Shown one piece after another: positions 55,170 through 64,000 of a stretch of DNA of 64,000 nucleotides. The number at the start of each line of letters is the position of its first letter. The stretch's first letter is position 1. Under the pieces are notes generated by a model. It did no database searches. It was given only the letters and a program-made list of their open reading frames with translations, and was not told the DNA's origin. Source of the stretch: Octopus sinensis (taxonomy: Eukaryota); assembly GCF_006345805.1 (NCBI RefSeq), contig NC_043001.1, forward strand, positions 68,076,001 through 68,140,000, given 5' to 3'. The translations under genes and the position numbers were made by a program.

Positions 55170-55865
55170 AGTTCTATACGCAAACAACGAGAGAAACAAC
55201 TGGAAAGCTGGACAGGTAACATAAAGAACGACCCTTCATCAGTTGTTGGCTGTCTATCTACTCCTCCTTTCGACCATTGAACGACGATATGAGTCTTCGA
55301 AGAAGTTTGCTCCTATAAGTACCAAAATAAAATTTTGGATTTATGGAGGATCCATTTCCAAGTAAGTGTATCTTAAACCTTTTGATGCGACTCTGCTCTG
55401 TACTGTTTTCTCCTTCATCTTGTCTCCCCTTCACCTTTTTTTATCTCTCTCACTCTCTCTTCTTCTCTCTCTCTCTCGTTGCTCACACGCGACCATCGTC
55501 CATCTTTCTTTTCCTCGCGTGATCCTCTTTCTCCTCCTTCAGGACTGTCCTAAGGACTGGACGTATTCTACCTCTCCCTTCTATCTTTTCTCTTTTTAAA
55601 GAAAATATTTCTCCAGCGTTCGCTAGTTTACCCTCCTTCTGGTATAATGACCCTCCATGTTTGTTTTCGTCTTGTTCCCAACTTTGACCCTCCATAAATT
55701 CCCAATTTTATTTTGGTGCTTATGGGAGCAACTGTCTTCGGAAACTCATATTGTCGTTCACTGCTCGAAATGAGGAGTAGATAGACAGCCGACAACTGAT
55801 GAAGGGTCGTTCTTTATATTACTTGTCCTGTTTTCCATTTGTTTCACTCGTTGTCGTATAGAACT
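55170..55865. repeat. Inverted repeat, about 180-bp arms (55170-55349, 55689-55865)
   Basis: Arms are diverged reverse complements containing gtagatagacagcc(g/a)acaactgatgaagggtcgttc; PLE origin is inferred only. Confidence 0.75.
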
Positions 55866-55871
55866 CATATA

Positions 55872-55943
<72 letters not shown>

Positions 55944-56649
55944 AAACAGAGAGGGATTAATAAGGGATTTGTAATTAAAGCAATAAAGAAGATACATCAG
56001 GTTAACAAAAAAAATGTCTTGCTGCCATTTTTGTACTCCATGTAAAGTGTTCATTTTATGTGTGTTTTTACAGAGTGACACACAAAATAAACAGATATAA
56101 TGGGCTATAGACTTAGAGCTGTTTCAGATGTGCGTTTCGGTACGTTCATGGTTCAGTCTTATCGATTGACTGATAATAGGGAACCAGCAGCCAAAAGCTA
56201 CCTTCCTCAGGTTTAAAATAATAAGTAGTATCTTAACTTCCGTTTGGCTTGTATATTTACGTAAATATCCATAATATTTTCCCAAAGAATAGTAGTAAAT
56301 GTCATTAGCATGTCACTGACTATAAGGAGGATGTCGGGCATCAGATTTCTTTACGGGATGTCAATGCTGTTCACCTGTGGTAAGAGTCAACAATGGCTTT
56401 AGTTTAATGACTAAAAATACATGACCGAGTTCTATATAAAAAAATACGACAATCACCAAATTCTTTCCTTTCCCATTTGTTCTTTTTCTTTCGAAATAAA
56501 TTCATTTTGGCTCTGAAGGAGAACTATAAACACATTCAAATGAATATCTGAAACAACTGTAGGCGTCTAATAACTGAATAAATAAAATTCAGTTATGAAA
56601 TAATAACCCATTGTTTCTATCTATTTTAAGTGTATATATGTGGTCTGTT

Positions 56650-56722
<73 letters not shown>

Positions 56723-56825
56723 ATATATATAATAACCCCTAACTTACTTAGTGTTGCATATATATATAATATAGATTAAAGAAAAAACACTATTATGCAA
56801 TTCAAATTTAGGTTTCGAGTTATAC

Positions 56826-56828
56826 TCC

Positions 56829-56866
<38 letters not shown>

Positions 56867-58487
56867 GTTTGTGTGTGTGTTAGTGTGTGTGTGTTATTAT
56901 TCTTCGTTAATATGCTCGTATGCGCTCAAACAAATCAACCTTTTCTCTTAGGCATATTTATATATTTTGGCGCAAAATAGCGCTTTTACCAAAGTCATTG
57001 GCCACGACTGTATATACTATTAAAAATGAACTTCAATCTTACTTGCTTACTTGGAATGTTACATAGCCAAGCCGGCGCATAATAGGAAAGTACTTTGAAA
57101 GTCAAGTGCCCCTGAAATATGAATATAAACGGAATAAAACAAGTTTCGCGTAAATCGGACCTCTGGTTCTTGAGATACCCAAAACGGTGCATAATGGGAA
57201 ACTACTACGAAAATAACTTAACCCTGGAAGGGAAGAAACTCTAACCTTTCAATTAGACATATTATGATGGGTAAAGATCATAGTGACTTTAATTTACCAA
57301 CAAAAAAATACGAGTTGTTTTTATAGTGAATGTTTCTATTTTCGCTTTTGTTATGTACAATATTTTGATTATTTAGAAATATTTTTAAGTGTGATTTCAA
57401 AAATGTAAGTTGTTTTTATAGTAAATATTCATATTTTAGCCTACTTTAAACACACAATATTTTAATTTAAAAAAAAAATATTTTCAAGTGAATATACCAT
57501 TACAAAAATAATTTGGCATATTTAAAAAATATTGTAAAGTGAAAATGACTTTAATAATACGGTAAATATTTCGTAAAAGACCCGTTTGTAAACTCGATGG
57601 GGAATAATTTTTTTCCGTAGGTTTTTTCGAGTGCATTCAACGTATCTCACCTCCAAAGATTTGGCTGCTATTTCTAGCACGTCCTGCTACCCTGTAACAG
57701 CTATTTGCAATAAAGGACCCGAAATAGCTGTTACGTGGTAGCAGAGCGTGCAACAAATAGCAGACAAATCTTTCGTTTTCTGGGGAAAGGAGCTGTTTTT
57801 GCGTGATTTCGATGTCACATTCGTTGAAAGCGTGCGACATAACCTGGAAAAGAATAAGAACACGAAACAATACTCCATTGCTGAAAAACTCCGAGGTCCT
57901 CACCAGCCCTCCCCCATTTCTTTTCCAGAACGAAGTGATTTGCGGTGGGTTTGGAGGTGAAATACGTTGAATGCACTCGAAAAAACATGTGCAAAAAATT
58001 ATTTCAGACCAAATTACGAACGAGTCCCAGGATTGGGACAGGCATGCGAATAAAAGGATCGATGAGAGTGATAAGGAAAGGGCTGAGCGTCTGGTGGAAC
58101 AGCGTGAAAGAAACAAAGGCAGGAGAGATCAGGAATCGGACGCTCGGAGAGCTGAGCGTCTGGCGAAACAGATGGAAAGAGATGTCATGAATAGGATGCT
58201 TATTTGAGCAGGAGATGACATGAACCGGATGCTCATGTGAATACAAACGGAATAAAACAAGTTTTGCGTAAATCGGACCACGGGTTACGGAGATATACTG
58301 TTTTTGGGGAATACCTTTATAAATAGCGAAACCGGCGTATAATGGTTTGAAAGTAAGGTACCATTGAAATGGGAATACACACAGAAGAACAGAAGATTCG
58401 CGTAAATCGGACCACAGATTCCCGAGATACACGGTTTTATCGGGTACCTTGAACTATTGGTGACCCTACGGGTCACGGGTAGTCTAG
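56826..58487 (+). mobile_element. Internally deleted Helitron-like element
   Basis: 3' hairpin gaccctacgggtc..CTAG|T, tccctaatatata start, internal subrepeats cgtaaatcggacc, and a charged ORF (ESDKERAERLVEQRER) resembling RepHel N-terminal repeats. Confidence 0.6.
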
Positions 58488-58514
58488 TACATAATGTAAA
58501 TGCACATAACTGTA

Positions 58515-59296
58515 TATATACAACGTTCGTTGAATAAACTGTCGTCTAAATTACGCAAAAATGAAAATAACACTGACATCTCATTTTAACAGATATAGCT
58601 ACCAAAATTACCTAAAAATATCTTAAAATACTAAAGAGTAAATGTATTCAATAAAATCCCCATTGGCTACAACCACGGCCTCCAGACGACTTTGGAATCT
58701 CCTGCAACTATTCTGGACGGTCTCCTTGGTGAATGGTGCTATAATCCTTGCCTTCAGTTCATCTTTGGTGTTACAAGGAGTTTTGTTGGTCTCTCGCTGA
58801 ACTGCGCCCCACACATAATAATCAAGGCGGTTGCAGTCTGGAGAGTTAGGTGACCAGATGTTAGTAGTGATGTGGTCGCAGAAATTGTCTGACAGACGTG
58901 ACTGGGTCCTCCTGCTTGCGTGGCTCGGTGCAGAGTCCTGTTGCCAAAAATAGGGTCTTCCAGCAGCCATCCTCTTGGCCCAGGGTAGCACTACCTCCAG
59001 GCAATTAATGTAGGTTTCCGTGTTGAGTGTAAGGCCGTGTAGGAAGATGAATGGAGGCCGAACGTTGCCATCACTAGTGATCACTCCAACACAATGATAT
59101 TTGATTTTTATCCTTCTCGGTACATGTCCTCAGATTGCATTGTGCTTAGATTGATATCCAAACACTCTGAAATGTTCGTATTGGAGCATCCGGCGCGAGT
59201 GCCAAGCAGAACAACATGTCGTTTCCAAATTTCTGGCAGAGTGAATTCTGTCATAGCGCCGTTTTCCTCACAGACGGTGCCCAATTGACCCTACTG
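58515..59296 (-). mobile_element. Internally deleted maT/DD37D-like transposon
   Basis: WQQDSAPSHASRRTQ..WSPNSPDCNRLDYYVWGAVQRETNK; TA|cagtagggtcaattggg end. Confidence 0.85.
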
Positions 59297-59421
59297 TAGT
59301 GTGTAGTCGACAAAATAAAAAAGAAACAATGCACATGAGCGAAATTAAAAATATAAAATGGCTACAATTTACCCATTGCATCCTGTATGTGGGTACATAT
59401 CTTCTATCTATCTTTCATCTG

Positions 59422-61137
<1,716 letters not shown>

Positions 61138-61139
61138 GT

Positions 61140-61360
61140 GTGTGTCTTTGTATTTGTGTTTGTTCTTCCACTACCGTTTGACAACCGGTGTTGGTGTGTT
61201 TACGTCGCCGTAAATTAGCAGTTCGAAAAAATTCGATAGCATAAGTACCAGGTTTTATAAAATAAATCCTGGGGTCGATTTGGTCGACTAAAACACTTCT
61301 AAGAAGTACCCCAGCATGGCCGCAGTCAAGTAACTGAAACAAGTAAAAGATAAAAGATAA

Positions 61361-61365
<5 letters not shown>
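61140..61365 (+). mobile_element. SINE A 3' half
   Basis: gacaaccggtgttggtgtgtttacgtc...cagcatggccgcagtc...gtaaaagataaaaga. Confidence 0.8.
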
Positions 61366-61413
<48 letters not shown>

Positions 61414-62032
61414 TATATATGATGCTCCAGCATGATCGCAGCCGCATGGCTGAAACTAGTTAAATAATAAAAAAAATATATATATAGGCACATATAGAAA
61501 TTATCTATAAATGCATGTGTACATACATTCACGAACGCATACAATTATTATACATCCCCCATATCCCCACTTTTACACACACACATATATAGATACATGC
61601 ATGATGCATGCAAACCTCACCAGATTTCTCTCCACCCACTCTTTCACAATAATATATATATATATATATATATGAGATAAATGTATAGAATTCATTGAAA
61701 ATACGTTGAAAGTTGGCAATGTTGTATCTGAACTGGTTACCAGAAAATGTATGTTTACTAAATGATAATCTAATGAAACAGAATTAACGTAAACAAGTTT
61801 TACAGGTTAATCGAGAGTTTACTGGAGGGAACTTCACTAAAACAGCTGTTCCATGTCTCCAGTCTGGACTACTTCCTTAATATAGCGAAAGTTCTTATTT
61901 GTCAATTTTGTAGTGAAAACAGCGTTTAAAATTTTGAACCATTACGTCATTACATCTCCAACTAATTTATGCCTTACGATGTGTCTTTTATTTTCAATTT
62001 TGGGTTAATTATCAAGTCACAGCACGGTCTAC

Positions 62033-62166
<134 letters not shown>

Positions 62167-62169
62167 TCC

Positions 62170-62640
62170 AAATGATTGATACGGAAGACAGAGTGTAACT
62201 AGATGCTTTATTTAGCACAGCAATCGTTTCGGCTACCTTCTGCATTGCTCCCTTATGGGTGGGGAACGATATAATGACATCAGATGCATCGTGCAGTGCG
62301 AAGGAGCCTCATCAGGTGACGAAATAGGCTTCAAATGTTATAAGATTTACATTTCGTTCCAAGCTAGATGGTGGTATTATAGTGTGTTGCTAGTAGTTCA
62401 CACACATTGGTGAAGTAAGGACACTTGTGGTTAGTATACAGGAAGTGGCTGATAAAAACAAACACAAAAAATATAATGTAAAGGATGAGGAATTGTTAAT
62501 AGCATTAGATCGAAAGGCCCTAAAGCGTGTGGAGATCTTTGTTATGGCAGTCAAGCACGGCGGCTTGGTCAAGAATTTAGAGTGGGTGTGATTCCAGCCT
62601 TTAGAATTGATGGCTGCTTAATTGCCCTATGGCCCATATT
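62170..62640 (-). mobile_element. Penelope-like 3' remnant with long-helix-II hammerhead motif (62216-62319)
   Basis: cac CTGATGA ggct-ccttc-gca...tgc-a-gaagg-t-agcc GAAAC gatt gct gtg (cleavage triplet mutated); upstream ILDQ..LHTL remnant. Confidence 0.6.
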
Positions 62641-62969
62641 AATATTGCAACATTCACCAAGTTACACTTACGCCTATATAGACGCATACAAGTACTCATA
62701 AACACACTCACATACGCACGCACACACGTGCAAACACATACCTGCACACACACACACACAGACGCATATACAGACACGTACAAGTTCACATTCACATAAA
62801 CTCGCACATATGCACGCATATATAGTTATGCAAAGGTACTTCATTTCCTAATTTTTGGAGGAACATTTTGGATATATATATACATATGTGTGTGTGTGTG
62901 TGTGTATGTGTGTATGTGTGTGTGTGTGTTTGTGTGTGTGTGCATGTGAATTTATATCTTTTATCATTT

Positions 62970-63140
62970 ACATGTTACTTGTTTCAGTCATTAGACTGTG
63001 GCCATGCTAGGGCACCGCGTTGAAGAACTTTTAATCGAATGAATCGACCCCAGTACTTATTTTTAAGCCTTGTACTTATTTTGACGTTTTTTGCCAAACC
63101 GCCTACTTATGGGGTTATAAACACAACAACACTGGTAGAG
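62970..63140 (-). mobile_element. SINE A 3' half
   Basis: ttacttgtttcagtcattagactgtggccatgctagggcaccgc...gtacttatt. Confidence 0.75.
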
Positions 63141-63143
63141 AGG

Positions 63144-63206
<63 letters not shown>

Positions 63207-63317
63207 TATATATACATGTACATACATATATAAATAATCCTCTATTTCTCTAATATCGTGGTCTCATTCTTTTGTTGTTCCATTTTATTATTATCATCAT
63301 CATCATCATCATCATCA

Positions 63318-63387
<70 letters not shown>

Positions 63388-63390
63388 CAT

Positions 63391-64000
63391 TCAGCAGTTT
63401 TATTTTTATAACGTGCTTTCACTTCACTACCGAGCGCAGCTCTGTGTGCCTTGGGTATATGCTGTGATTTGTTGTGATGCTCTGATGGTTACTGTATTGA
63501 AAGTGTTCTGCATAGGATGTGGGCAGTGCCTAGTAGTACAATTTTCTGTATGTTATATGTGTTTGCAAGTCCTGGTGTTTTTGTTACGTATTTGTCTGAA
63601 TATTTTTTTCATGCCTAATGCACCTACTATGATAGGAATTGTTTCTGTTTTTAGATTCCACATTCTAGTTACCTCTATTTCCAGGTCTTTGTATTTTGAA
63701 AGTTTCTCCATTTCTTTTAGAGACACGTTGTCATCTGCTGGTATTGATACATCAATTAGAAAGCATTTTTTTCTTCATGATCTCTGACAACTATATCTGG
63801 TCTGTTGGCCTTAATTTCTCTACCTGTGTGTATTGGCATATCCCAGGGTATGGTTGCTTTCTCGTTTTCTGTGACCTTTTCTGGTGTGTGCCTATACCAT
63901 CTTTTTTCTGTTGTTATTCCATAATATTGACATAGCTTTCAGTGTATGTAGGTCCCAACTCTGTCGTTTCTTAGCCAGGACCGGACAGCCAGAGATAATA
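63391..64000 (-). mobile_element. R4/Dong-like non-LTR element 3' part, runs off the window
   Basis: Minus-strand WDMPIHT.REIKANRPDIVVRD...LIDVSIP and QKIVLLGTAHIL; the 3' end abuts (TAA)n at 63285-63390. Confidence 0.9.

Noticed and set aside
55689-55865. Type II hammerhead (GAAAC...GTC upstream of CTGATGA)
   Set aside because: Helix II and helix I do not pair, and the GAAAC is not conserved in the inverted copy.

Overview
Eukaryotic, AT-rich, microsatellite-saturated DNA with one 100-N scaffold gap (15698-15797). The SINE families and repeat content point to an octopus (coleoid cephalopod) genome; this is inference, no search was run. No host gene can be confidently called. Almost every ORF in the track is a microsatellite artefact or a transposon remnant. 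Elements present: an RTE LINE, several Tx1-like (L1-clade) LINEs, R4/Dong-like elements, many Penelope-like element (PLE) pieces with hammerhead-ribozyme motifs, a near-intact mariner, decayed maT/Tc1 copies, Helitron-like elements and at least four tRNA-derived SINE families. The most striking signal is apparent target-site-specific retrotransposition. One Tx1-like lineage has inserted three times, always co-oriented, at the same position just after box A in the head of the dominant SINE; two of these form a head-to-tail tandem with the 13-bp target duplication AAGAAGCTTGCTT present three times. A related Tx1-like lineage sits inside (TATC)n microsatellites, and R4/Dong-like copies sit in (TAA)n. 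The window also shows LINE 3' ends that match the tails of two SINE families. All calls were made by eye, and boundaries of decayed elements are approximate.
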